Made by a program: the position numbers and the translations under genes. This document shows, piece after piece, positions 21,401 to 28,327 of a stretch of DNA of 64,000 nucleotides. Origin of the DNA: a virus (taxonomy: Duplodnaviria > Heunggongvirae > Uroviricota > Caudoviricetes); IMG/VR virus record IMGVR_UViG_3300020045_006153, positions 211,550 through 275,549 of that record; one strand, given 5' to 3'. The notes below the pieces were generated by a model that saw only the letters and a program-made list of their open reading frames with translations, made no database searches and was not told the origin of the DNA. Positions within the stretch are counted from its first letter, which is position 1. Each line of letters opens with the position of its first letter.

Positions 21401-22681
21401 TGGAAATTGACTCAATGTGTCTTTTTGTTGAGCATAAACCCACTTAGATCCATTAAACCACCATTCTGATCCAAAGTAAGTTGTACCAAATCTAACAACC
21501 GCAGTCGCACCTGTTTCAATAGTTTCAACTTCTTCTAAATTAATAATAGACACTCCATCTACTTGTGCAATACGAACTTCGAATATTTTATTATTAATAA
21601 TAGGATCAGTGTCAGCACTAAAGATAACTCTAAATCCGTCTTCTAATAATACACCGTCAACATAATAACCTTGTACAGATTCGATAGTCGAAAATACATC
21701 AACAGTTAATGTATCAATTAAATCAACAGGTGCAATTCTAGTAGAACCAAAATTCCATAATTGCAAATTAGCATTAAATTCAATAATAGGACGCTTTGCT
21801 CTAGTATCTAGTGGATACACAGGAGTTGTTACACCATTAGCAGTTGCAGATAATGTAATAACATCTTTATGAAACCAGCGATTATATCGAGACCATGTAT
21901 TTTTATCAACGCTTGAACGATTAATAGTTACATATTCAGGATTAACTGGTATCTTTTTATAACTATCAAATGGCAATTGATCAAACGGATTAGAAGAAAA
22001 TGCATCAATTTCATAAGTAGACAATTTGTCAAATGTTTCTAAATCTACTTTAGGAATCAATTGAATACTGCTTCCTACTCCTTCTACATAATATTCAATA
22101 TTTGATCGAGAAGCCGGATATATATTTCCAATAAATCGAATTTTTAATCCATTGATGAGCGTTACTCCAGTAGGAGAAGTATAGGTTACTTTGCCCAATA
22201 CACTTGTTTCAATATCTAGTTCATTGGCGGCCGAAATAGTAATAGTATCTGGTCCATTCTTTAACCAAAAATATTCTCTAAAATTTACAAATTTATCCCA
22301 CGAAATATGCGGATTATAAGAATTAATTTTAGGTTTAAATAGTCTATCGATATTAGTTGTGTTAATTCCGTTATAACTTAATTGGTTAATTAAGTCATCT
22401 ATTCCGAATGCTTTTTTAATACTATTATCTAATTCTCTAATTACAAGGGCAGGTTCTAATTGATATTTCCCACGAAGAGGCAGGTTATCATCTATATAAG
22501 AATCACTTGGATTAAATGTTAATCCAAGTTTATTTCCTACAAATCCATCAATCCTTTCTAAAGAAGGTGCTTTAATTAATTGATCAATTGTACTAGATAA
22601 AAATTTTGAATTTTTATCTGTTCTAAAAAAAGTAGGTAATAAATTTACTGATGCTCTACTATTGTGTTTGTTGTTAGCCAT
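12404..22681 (-). CDS. giant baseplate wedge protein (3425 aa)
   Basis: Follows gp6-like gene; N-terminal NLLP-x-FFRT motif; GxGY beta repeats; two CBM5/12-like modules. Confidence 0.75.
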   Translation of the reverse strand: MANNKHNSRASVNLLPTFFRTDKNSKFLSSTIDQLIKAPSLERIDGFVGNKLGLTFNPSDSYIDDNLPLRGKYQLEPALVIRELDNSIKKAFGIDDLINQLSYNGINTTNIDRLFKPKINSYNPHISWDKFVNFREYFWLKNGPDTITISAANELDIETSVLGKVTYTSPTGVTLINGLKIRFIGNIYPASRSNIEYYVEGVGSSIQLIPKVDLETFDKLSTYEIDAFSSNPFDQLPFDSYKKIPVNPEYVTINRSSVDKNTWSRYNRWFHKDVITLSATANGVTTPVYPLDTRAKRPIIEFNANLQLWNFGSTRIAPVDLIDTLTVDVFSTIESVQGYYVDGVLLEDGFRVIFSADTDPIINNKIFEVRIAQVDGVSIINLEEVETIETGATAVVRFGTTYFGSEWWFNGSKWVYAQQKDTLSQFPLFDLYDEFGHSYSDTVYHNTDFIGNAIFGYSIGEGTADSILGFPLNYNNVGVEGTYLFTNYFNSGSFTEVNAGSTVYDIIPTYTAYLKINGPSPAYVNIWEVEQVYDIPVLQFQSITDIVSSIEITIFDNPGVIEDLEISVFVNNVKKTETADYEIITVEKQKFVVFNTPLNGTVTAAKVLLKCISSATPNSNGTYETPLNLTNNPLNGKILTFTLSEISDHVKSMVDRSPEFIGEFPGTSNLNSLSNISKYGTRLISNQNPLSFAHYFITDPENSVISAIKKTSVDYYQFKNNLINTIIQGNNQLTTAEIVDAALATIILTKNSAFPYALSDMAGYGNNNSSHLYTVSEPRNKSYALSSIYDPNLLSNRAILVYLNDRLLTLDKDYTFDLFDAGITISTPLIRGDTVVIKDYISTVGSYIPPTPTKLGLYPKYEPSIYVDPNFANGPKKVIQGHDGSITIAFTDINEDNNYIDLALLEYETRVFNNIKATYNSELVNVHTATPGLFRKNNYSYSEISNLIRGDFLKWTSVYGLDPIVNDTYSVTNHKTYNFKSATDYMFNELLPGSWRSIYKFYFDTDRPNTHPWEMLGFSIKPIWWDDQYGPAPYTSGNLELWNDLESGTIRQGIRAGIDLNFVRPNLSQIIPVDESGNVVDVREWAGLKLNDSINDTEQDWAFGDIGPVEAAWRRSSLWPFAVQTILALTQPASYASMLFDPSRLSKDITSQYNYGPDEVFLSPSTVSLFSDTDTSGNVVLASGYSVWVIEHGKFRSASYLPTLKQDMQAANFNLFHKMAGFASKDKLEIIIDSVSPSTVNPGVVLPSEDYSLFFNVSNPVKSIPISGIVVEKQNGQFIVKGYDPSAPYFMVYAPVHRLTGGAVTVGGKTESYLTWKASSFYQTGQIVNFGSSFYRVLNGHTSGVTFTPGNFVQLSTLPIIGGTSVLSSITHADTAVMVPYGTRYNSIQEVYDLIVGYGYWLEEQGFIFDEYNQELAQVLDWKFTGKEFLYWTTQNWANGTVITLSPFANTIKYKFTNAVVDNVLSSFYDYSLLSASGTPFPANNFNLSRVDGICTIATKNTTEGLFFAKLNLVQKEHALILVNKSMFNDVVYDIETGYRQSRIRLIGFRTSSWNGEFLSPGFIYDSAQVNDWAAYTNYKAAEVVKYAGKYYSAINSIVGSTLFDATKWNLLGNKPVAQLLPNFDYKINQFEDFYSLDIDNFDAAQQKMAQHLIGYTPRTYLDNIFVNPIAQYKFYQGFIREKGTRNAIDKLAKASIHNLQGQISFTEEWAFRVGSFGNFNSYEEIEAPLKELDFRENSQIVKFVDSYVPSAMDTISYIEPSEMIIPGDYVSSSIFSPIYSTYLDDKSVLPTAGYVRLDDVTATAYNIDSILNIVDNTALTVGDTIWVGFKENNDWDVLRYSLLQTTVTNCVLDQSLLTLTFETSSNHLLSINDIISITGFTNNTDGIYKVLSIIDSTHFVVSTALTIIIPPTTTATLHKFSSVRVHNYADIATLSAQLALTVGELIWVDENTNNKWAVYKKGVYSWAQYRTQVDSVDLSKINRAITIDTISEQIIDYLDIFDPIKGRIPSLADREIRYKTAFDPATYSVGTSSVVVDLEASWSTNQVGQLWWDLSTVKYIWAEQGDLTYRKNSWGKLFPGASIDVYEWVQSEYLPSQWAALTDTIDGAAQGISGIPKYIDDSIVSVTQYYNTITGAATNVYYFWVKNTTVLPNHPDRKLSASDTSSMIYNPANYGIKYVSFIALDAITVTNVKDTLRFNEININISKDNAGVNTNKHSEWLLLEEDSAVSMPTAMLEQKLLDSLLGKDSRGNILPDPLLTSRIRYGISIRPNQSMFKDRVGALRNAIDYVNTILSTTEYVISDFVDFTTLNLSESIPAGMYDSLVENIEGLTAISTANITPAELTCNVVNGKISSINIIDSGTGYLVAPIPVVLGDETGVSITTEINEIGEVISATVINGGSKFISAPTITVRPYTAIVNVDINSNNKWATYQLDSNEWVKIHTQEFDTPLYWDYVDWRAMTFNPLTPLVTTIDEPYLLDTVSLSIGDYVKVKNQGNGRYIILEKVASSGTYSTNYNLIYSEKGTIKFSDVLWNTVDSKYNWDYLNTFDQTLFDQSPEIELSNILLAIKNDIFVGPLKIYWNKFFFKAVKYAMSEQLFLDWAFKTSFIKVRNKAGALDQRTSYKFQNSAYYESYIEEVKPYHTKIRTFEIDYDVIDNTQTYSTDFDLPAMYDTETNQFVPIELDNIALNSYPRKSWTDNYKLSVSAVTIKDGGHGYQTPPIVTIVPAPGDNGTGTVAVAYIAGGKVSSIEILNPGTGYIVPPTITFTGGFSTSTSTDAVLVPITATGYVNIINDTIRSTTIGMKFDRITGVREIGEQRITDSFVCTFHTKDYPLSWPAKHDKLSIDIRLDGITVLADAYNIVDYTAMYNGYHKKYSKVVFVTTPVTGQILSITYNKGYDVYHAVDRIEDYYTPTIGMPGIDPDQLMNGLSFPGTSIQTLPFDYTNNWGAQPFGQEFFGPDTFGVEGIVVEFGGAGYTSPPQIQIVADLSDDVEPAEALAYVSSGTIVSVKIINPGSGYTKAPLINVISTLTAIAPVLHAIVAERSIDTVITGGSFTGGKNAGALGVNPEDVILSGSDFISPDVKSAPEEVIPGEVLESVAISVFTVDTNNTGTIFGFKMFKDIFGREHYKRLAKANATALTATLYSTSTTISVADASVLPTPIAGSVYAGVISVAGERIEYMVKTGNILSSLRRATLGTGARDSYPIGTEVMDQGRDQTIFQGQQVFEVLNTLTVNTQTSYSFTGVINIVTDPKQYGSVTLLTDPADQIDVFYAGRLLNKTDTSYHDPAIAYDSSAVIIAGAVATPADLPVTNILTRAYIVTATNHIWVYQNSLETRAINGYVYNGLNFREKEYTVNTLTNAVVLNLKDGIQSGQHLRVLNKRTSTDGRWQLPGVSLVASTSSEALFLSLGLAALPDKYHYGQA

Positions 22682-22692
22682 TATAAAGTTCC

Positions 22693-25600
22693 TTAGCCGC
22701 TAGTTATCATTGATGTTAGTTTTAATTCTGATGCTGTTAGGCTATCAATAACTTGAATATTATCCACTGTTGCTCCGTTTACAAATATTTCATTGCTTTG
22801 ACATGTAATCTGATATAAACTTCCAAACTTATCAGACGACATAGGAACAATAACAAAATTAATTATGTCCGGAGTCATTGTGTTCATTACATAAGTTGCA
22901 AGTTCACTAAAATTAAACGTTTGTCCAAATTCCCAATTCTCAATTGCAAAAAATTCATTCATTGCTGCTAATATCCTTGTTTGAATAGAAGTAGCGCTAA
23001 CTGATCGTGCTGGATTAGTAACCGCTTTAAATGTCGCTTGAAGTGGTGATGCTGCTTGAGGTCCAAATAAAACCTTATATTTTGCAGGATGAAATATAAT
23101 TTCATCACTAATACTTTTTATAGGTTCTAATATAGAAGAGTAATTTTCTTCTAAACTCTGAGAAGTTGGTTGCAAAGGAGCGGTTCCTATACCAGTTGTT
23201 AACCAATTTCTATAAGTCAAGTCGTATGTTTTACTTAACAAATAAATGTCGATTATGTTACTTTTACTAGGGTCAATTCTGCGTTCTTGCCCGCTATTAT
23301 GGTTATAATGAAATTTTATTCCAGAGCGGCCTTGTTTTGCAAAGTACAATGGTTCTAAAACATATCCGTTAATTGTATATGTTTTAAGAACATTAATGTT
23401 TGAATCGTAAAAATAATAAAGTTGGCCAATTACTGGATTTATTAAATTATTTTCTGAAGGATAAGCAATTACTGATCCATTATATAAAGTATAACGCAAA
23501 CCATCTGCGGATAATTTAAAGTAAACAAATTTATCTCTATAACTAGTCTGAAAGTTTGTACTTGTAGGCGATACAATGTTATCAAATGCATCCGGATCGT
23601 CTATTTGTCCATCATCATTATTGTCATAAAAACTTACTAATACTTTTTTAGGTTGTACATATCCGTCAGATTCAATCACTGCCCCATCAATTTGCCAACT
23701 GTAATCTGATCCTAAACTCACTAAAGAATCAATATCGTTAGTGTTAAAATACGAAGAGTGTGAAGTAACTGATACATTTCTTTCAACAAATGTCACTGGA
23801 GAAGAAGTTGAGATTACACTCGGTAATGCTCCTGATATATTAATATAATTTGATAATGTATTAACACTATTAACTATTGCCTGACCTGTTGGAATCAAAG
23901 GATGAATAATTGCAAATAAGGTATAATTAGTACCAGTTGCAACATTTAAATATAAATTAGAGGATAATCCAGTTGATATAGTAGATGCAGTTGACAGGTA
24001 TCGAACTTCGATTTTAGGAGTAATGTTAATAGCAGTAGTTGCAGTAAACAACATAGTACCTGTTGTGTTTAATGGATTTATTGATAATACTTCAATTTTA
24101 TCCTTAATAACAGTATTATTAACAAAATCATAATTTTTCTTTGATTTATCAACAAAAAATGCAGTTTCTTTATCACTTTCAAATACATAATCAGTAGTTC
24201 GATATCGAACTACATATTTCTTGCCGGTCCACTCGAACGAAACTAACCAACTAGAATCTTTATTAAGATTGCTAATATCTTTCTGATAGTTAAACCCAAT
24301 AACATTAACTAAATCTAAATTAGTATCACTTATAATATACCAATCTCTAGTTACTTCATCAAATGCAATACCGAAATTTCGTTTAGAACTAATAATATTA
24401 ACTATTTCAATTTCCAATGCAGTCGATATTCTATTTTTAAATTTAGGAATTAATGCAACTGGCACAGAACTGTTAGTCATTGTACCATTTCCAATTACAT
24501 TACCAGTTAAAGTGATTGGCCCTACTCCGTTGTCAAGTGCGCCTAGTCCGAAATTCGCACCGTCATTAACTACGTTTGCAACTTGAACCCATTTATATGC
24601 CTTAGTATTTTTAGTAGGATTAGGAGTAATGATACCAGATGGTAGATAATACTGAGGTACACCATTTAACGGAGTTGGTATAAATTTAATTAACGATCCT
24701 GGAGCAATAAACTGATATGGTCCCTTAGCATAGTCGGTGCCAACTGACACTGCTCCGATTGGAGTAATTTCAGGACGATAAAAATATCCAAGTGTTTGGT
24801 TTGTTGTGCTCGATGTTTTAACCCATGATAGATTTGCAGAAGTTAAATCTAGTTTTGGATATAATTCTAAATAAGCAGATTTAAATTCAGGTAAATCAAA
24901 GATAGGCAGAATTTTAGATTTAACTAATGACCTTGCTTCCGACACATTGTTAAACAAGAAATCAAAATTATTTTCGTTGTGTTGCTTATATAAAATACCA
25001 TCATTTGCAAAAATATTCGTACTGCTATAATTTCCGCTAATATCGCTTAATTCAAAATATCGACTAATTCCACTACTAACTCGATTAATACTTTTTACTT
25101 TCAAAATATCAGAATCAACAGTTAACGGTGCAATGTTATAATCTTCAGCAGTAATCATTCTATTTTGAGTATAATAGACTTGTGGTGCTTTTACTCGAAT
25201 ATCAGCATTGCTTTCAGCAGTTGCAGAATTATTAACTGTGTATTGTAAACTAAGAATAACTGTCAAAGTATGGGATTGACCAGATTTGCTAATGTACGGA
25301 ATTTGAACAGAGATGTTATTCATCTGTTCAGGTTTAATAGAATACACCTGTCCATTACTTTGTCTATAATAGATCTTAAATGTCCCGTTCGGTAAATTAC
25401 CAAAACTGCCGTCTGCAAAAGTTAAATCAATTTGATCATTTTCCCTAGTTGCAACTCCGTATATATTTCTAATGTTACTGCTTAAACTATTATAGATAAT
25501 GTTATTACCAGTCGTTGCAGATACCTTAGTCCATAAAGACTCATGCTGTGTACCATCTGCTGATAATTGCCATAACCATACATCAGAATTGTTAATGTCG

Positions 25601-26448
25601 GGTACATTAACACCTACAAGTTCATTAGGCACCGGGTTATTAATTGAAAAGTTAGAAGATCCTAAAGTGCCTTGTCGAAATTGTACAAAGAATCCAGTAT
25701 TTGCACTCGAACTTCCGCCGTTATCATTCTTAAAAATAATACCAAATTGATTTGCAGGAAGTGGAGCTTCTTCATACACATACGTTCGATCAAGAAAGGT
25801 AGATGACACTAATTCAAATGTCATTTGTGTTCCTCCAATATTCTTGTTAAACGAATAAACAGGAATACCGGTCGAACTAGAATTGAGTCTATACTGCTCA
25901 GTCGAAATTCCACCGATTGTACCTTTTGCATCGGGTTTACCAAAAGTAGTTAAACTAGACATTGCAGAATTCATAACTGCAATAAATTGTTGATACCAAT
26001 TAGTATTGGTATGATCATTCCATCCTATAATAGAATTAGAAAGATTAACTCCGTTTGAGTCAATTACTCCTTCCGAAGTAACAACTGAAGTTATTTTTAA
26101 AAATCCATTTGCTGGAACATTTCGATTAACATTATAATTAATCAATTTAGCAAGACGAAGAATACTTTCGCGGCGTTCTGCAGTTTCTAGAAAATTTTCA
26201 CGAGCATTTAAATCAATGCGGAAACTTAAATTTTGTCCAAGAAATGCTATTAAATCAACTAACGCAACAAATTCACTGCTGTCAATATAATCGTTAAATT
26301 CCTCAGGGTAATTTTCCCTGAGGTAATTGATCATTGTGCGTCGTAAGGTTTCAAAATCATAACTCTTAAAGTCGGCGTTACGAAAGGTTTGATAGATTTT
26401 AGTCCAATCCTCAGCAACAAGGAGTTTATTAGTTGTAGATGGTATCAT
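22693..26448 (-). CDS. gp6: baseplate wedge subunit, T4 gp6-like
   Basis: DFETLR...EFNDY...S-x-F-x-ALVDLIA...E-x-FL-x-TA-x-x-R-x-S; AES-x-x-x-IR-x-x-AP...QNR-x-IT-x-x-DY. Confidence 0.88.
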   Translation of the reverse strand: MIPSTTNKLLVAEDWTKIYQTFRNADFKSYDFETLRRTMINYLRENYPEEFNDYIDSSEFVALVDLIAFLGQNLSFRIDLNARENFLETAERRESILRLAKLINYNVNRNVPANGFLKITSVVTSEGVIDSNGVNLSNSIIGWNDHTNTNWYQQFIAVMNSAMSSLTTFGKPDAKGTIGGISTEQYRLNSSSTGIPVYSFNKNIGGTQMTFELVSSTFLDRTYVYEEAPLPANQFGIIFKNDNGGSSSANTGFFVQFRQGTLGSSNFSINNPVPNELVGVNVPDINNSDVWLWQLSADGTQHESLWTKVSATTGNNIIYNSLSSNIRNIYGVATRENDQIDLTFADGSFGNLPNGTFKIYYRQSNGQVYSIKPEQMNNISVQIPYISKSGQSHTLTVILSLQYTVNNSATAESNADIRVKAPQVYYTQNRMITAEDYNIAPLTVDSDILKVKSINRVSSGISRYFELSDISGNYSSTNIFANDGILYKQHNENNFDFLFNNVSEARSLVKSKILPIFDLPEFKSAYLELYPKLDLTSANLSWVKTSSTTNQTLGYFYRPEITPIGAVSVGTDYAKGPYQFIAPGSLIKFIPTPLNGVPQYYLPSGIITPNPTKNTKAYKWVQVANVVNDGANFGLGALDNGVGPITLTGNVIGNGTMTNSSVPVALIPKFKNRISTALEIEIVNIISSKRNFGIAFDEVTRDWYIISDTNLDLVNVIGFNYQKDISNLNKDSSWLVSFEWTGKKYVVRYRTTDYVFESDKETAFFVDKSKKNYDFVNNTVIKDKIEVLSINPLNTTGTMLFTATTAINITPKIEVRYLSTASTISTGLSSNLYLNVATGTNYTLFAIIHPLIPTGQAIVNSVNTLSNYINISGALPSVISTSSPVTFVERNVSVTSHSSYFNTNDIDSLVSLGSDYSWQIDGAVIESDGYVQPKKVLVSFYDNNDDGQIDDPDAFDNIVSPTSTNFQTSYRDKFVYFKLSADGLRYTLYNGSVIAYPSENNLINPVIGQLYYFYDSNINVLKTYTINGYVLEPLYFAKQGRSGIKFHYNHNSGQERRIDPSKSNIIDIYLLSKTYDLTYRNWLTTGIGTAPLQPTSQSLEENYSSILEPIKSISDEIIFHPAKYKVLFGPQAASPLQATFKAVTNPARSVSATSIQTRILAAMNEFFAIENWEFGQTFNFSELATYVMNTMTPDIINFVIVPMSSDKFGSLYQITCQSNEIFVNGATVDNIQVIDSLTASELKLTSMITSG

Positions 26449-26451
26449 AAT

Positions 26452-26475
26452 GGGATCTCGGTGATCCCGTATTTA
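26452..26475 (-). promoter_or_regulatory. late promoter abutting a hairpin just before the gp6 start
   Basis: TAAATA (26475-26470) then GGGATC-ACCGA-GATCCC, ending 3 nt before ATG. Confidence 0.55.
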
Positions 26476-26497
26476 TTGTCGTAATTAAGTTAGTACT

Positions 26498-26935
26498 TTA
26501 TTGTACAGCCAACCCTTGATTTTTATCAAAAGTTAACTTCATACTCGAAGTTTGATCAGTTCCTACATACTGCAATGTAACTTCTAGCAGCATCCCGTAC
26601 TCTTGCTCATTAATACTAATTTGAATAGGAACTGCACGTGGGTCAGAATTACATACCCTACTTACGTCATCCTTAATCGATTGCTTAATGCGCTCAGTAA
26701 ACGGCTCAAATATTATATCCCATATAATAGTTCCAAAAGTAGGAAGCATAACACGCTCACCTAATCGAGTATTAAACTGATTTAAAATGTCTTGCTTAAT
26801 TAAATCAAAATCGTATAATTTTGTTGTTATAGCAGAAGGGTTAACAGTACTGTACCCTACATAAAATTGACTTTGTTTTGCTGTATGAGTTGCAGTATAT
26901 TGTGGTGGATTAATTTCTATGTTCTTGTATGCCAT
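26498..26935 (-). CDS. gp25: baseplate wedge subunit, gp25/GPW-like
   Basis: IKQDILNQFNT-x-x-GERVM-x-PTFG-x-x-IW-x-x-IFEP...DPR. Confidence 0.9.
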   Translation of the reverse strand: MAYKNIEINPPQYTATHTAKQSQFYVGYSTVNPSAITTKLYDFDLIKQDILNQFNTRLGERVMLPTFGTIIWDIIFEPFTERIKQSIKDDVSRVCNSDPRAVPIQISINEQEYGMLLEVTLQYVGTDQTSSMKLTFDKNQGLAVQ

Positions 26936-26943
26936 ATAATTCC

Positions 26944-28326
26944 TTATTTCGTATTATCAGTTTTTGAAGGAATAAACTGAGTTGAACTGATGTTTTCGTG
27001 GTGCGGCCAAGGCTCATGTACAGGAACACGTTTCATAATGCTAGTCAGGTTATCAGATTTGTAAAATACTTTATTCTTCCAACCTTTTCCAGTATTTGTA
27101 TTAGGTAATGAAAAAGTAGGTAACGCAGTTGGAGAGGCTGCTGTAGCAGCCGCTGGGCCGTTCATATGGATATTAGCAGCAGTTTCTATATGATCCCCAC
27201 TGCTTCGAATGTTTGTTGTTGATCCAGCAGTAAAATTATTACTAGAAGCCGAAGTAAGATTAAACGACGAACCTACTTTTATCAATCCGCTAGCACCAAC
27301 TATTAAATTATAGTTAGCACCAACGTTAGTATTCATTACACCGCCTGCTTTTAAATTTATATTTCGAACGGCTTCGATATTAACATCTCGATCTGCTCTA
27401 AAATTAAAATCGATTTCAGTATGCACACTTACGCTGTCAGTTGCAAATATATCAATTTTCCCGTCGCTAGTTAATTCAATCCAGGCGGTGCCTTTACTGT
27501 TTGCAATGTAAATTAAATCATCAGTATTATGCATCAAAATTTGATGACCAGTACGAGTACGCAATCTTACAAGTTCGTTCTTCCCTTCTTGATCACCATC
27601 ATCCATTACAAATTGTGAACCACCTAGTCTACTAACAGGCACTGTTGCTTTGGTTTCATAGCCAACTAATCCTTTTTTGCCTGCCGGATCTAGCGGCCCC
27701 GGAGTAGAAATACCAAATACCGCACTCGGTACTTCACGTCTCGCAGAACTCGAAGTAACACCACGAACTGTGTCAATTAATAATCCTTGCGCCATTAGTT
27801 TATCAGCGAACGGATGAATAGGTTTACGTTGAGCATCCGGGCTTATTTGAGATTTATCACTTCGTTTATGAAACTCTGCAACAGGTAAATTTTTAGTGCC
27901 GTATAGTGTTTCTTGCTCTGGACTAATATAAGATGCAGTAGAGGCTGCAATTCCAGGTACCATAAAGTTCTGAAACTTATCAGGTACACATCCGATCCAG
28001 TATCCTTGATTTACATCCCCGTCAATAAAAATAACCATTACCTGTGTGCCTACATCTGGAGGAATCATCCACATTCCGTAACTCTTTTGCACATCATTAA
28101 AATCCTTAGGATTTGTACCTTCGTATTTTATATGAGTAACTCCGTAAAACGGCGATAGATATTGTACCACATGCGTTTGACTTTGAATGTCAGGAGAGTT
28201 CGAAGTACCTTTTTCAAGAGTAACTTCTAATGACCCCATATGTGTAGGATCAAGATGGTTAGTAATTCTAGCCAGAAATGGTCCCGAGCTCGGTAACTTA
28301 GAGTTTGATCGTGTTTCAATTGGCAT
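26944..28326 (-). CDS. baseplate central spike (gp5/VgrG/gpV-like OB fold plus beta-helix)
   Basis: DP-x-x-MG-x-L-x-V, PPDVG-x-x-V-x-V-x-F-x-x-GD-x-x-x-GYWIG, RTRTGHQI; C-terminal beta-strand repeats and His-rich tip. Confidence 0.82.
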   Translation of the reverse strand: MPIETRSNSKLPSSGPFLARITNHLDPTHMGSLEVTLEKGTSNSPDIQSQTHVVQYLSPFYGVTHIKYEGTNPKDFNDVQKSYGMWMIPPDVGTQVMVIFIDGDVNQGYWIGCVPDKFQNFMVPGIAASTASYISPEQETLYGTKNLPVAEFHKRSDKSQISPDAQRKPIHPFADKLMAQGLLIDTVRGVTSSSARREVPSAVFGISTPGPLDPAGKKGLVGYETKATVPVSRLGGSQFVMDDGDQEGKNELVRLRTRTGHQILMHNTDDLIYIANSKGTAWIELTSDGKIDIFATDSVSVHTEIDFNFRADRDVNIEAVRNINLKAGGVMNTNVGANYNLIVGASGLIKVGSSFNLTSASSNNFTAGSTTNIRSSGDHIETAANIHMNGPAAATAASPTALPTFSLPNTNTGKGWKNKVFYKSDNLTSIMKRVPVHEPWPHHENISSTQFIPSKTDNTK

Positions 28327-28327
28327 A

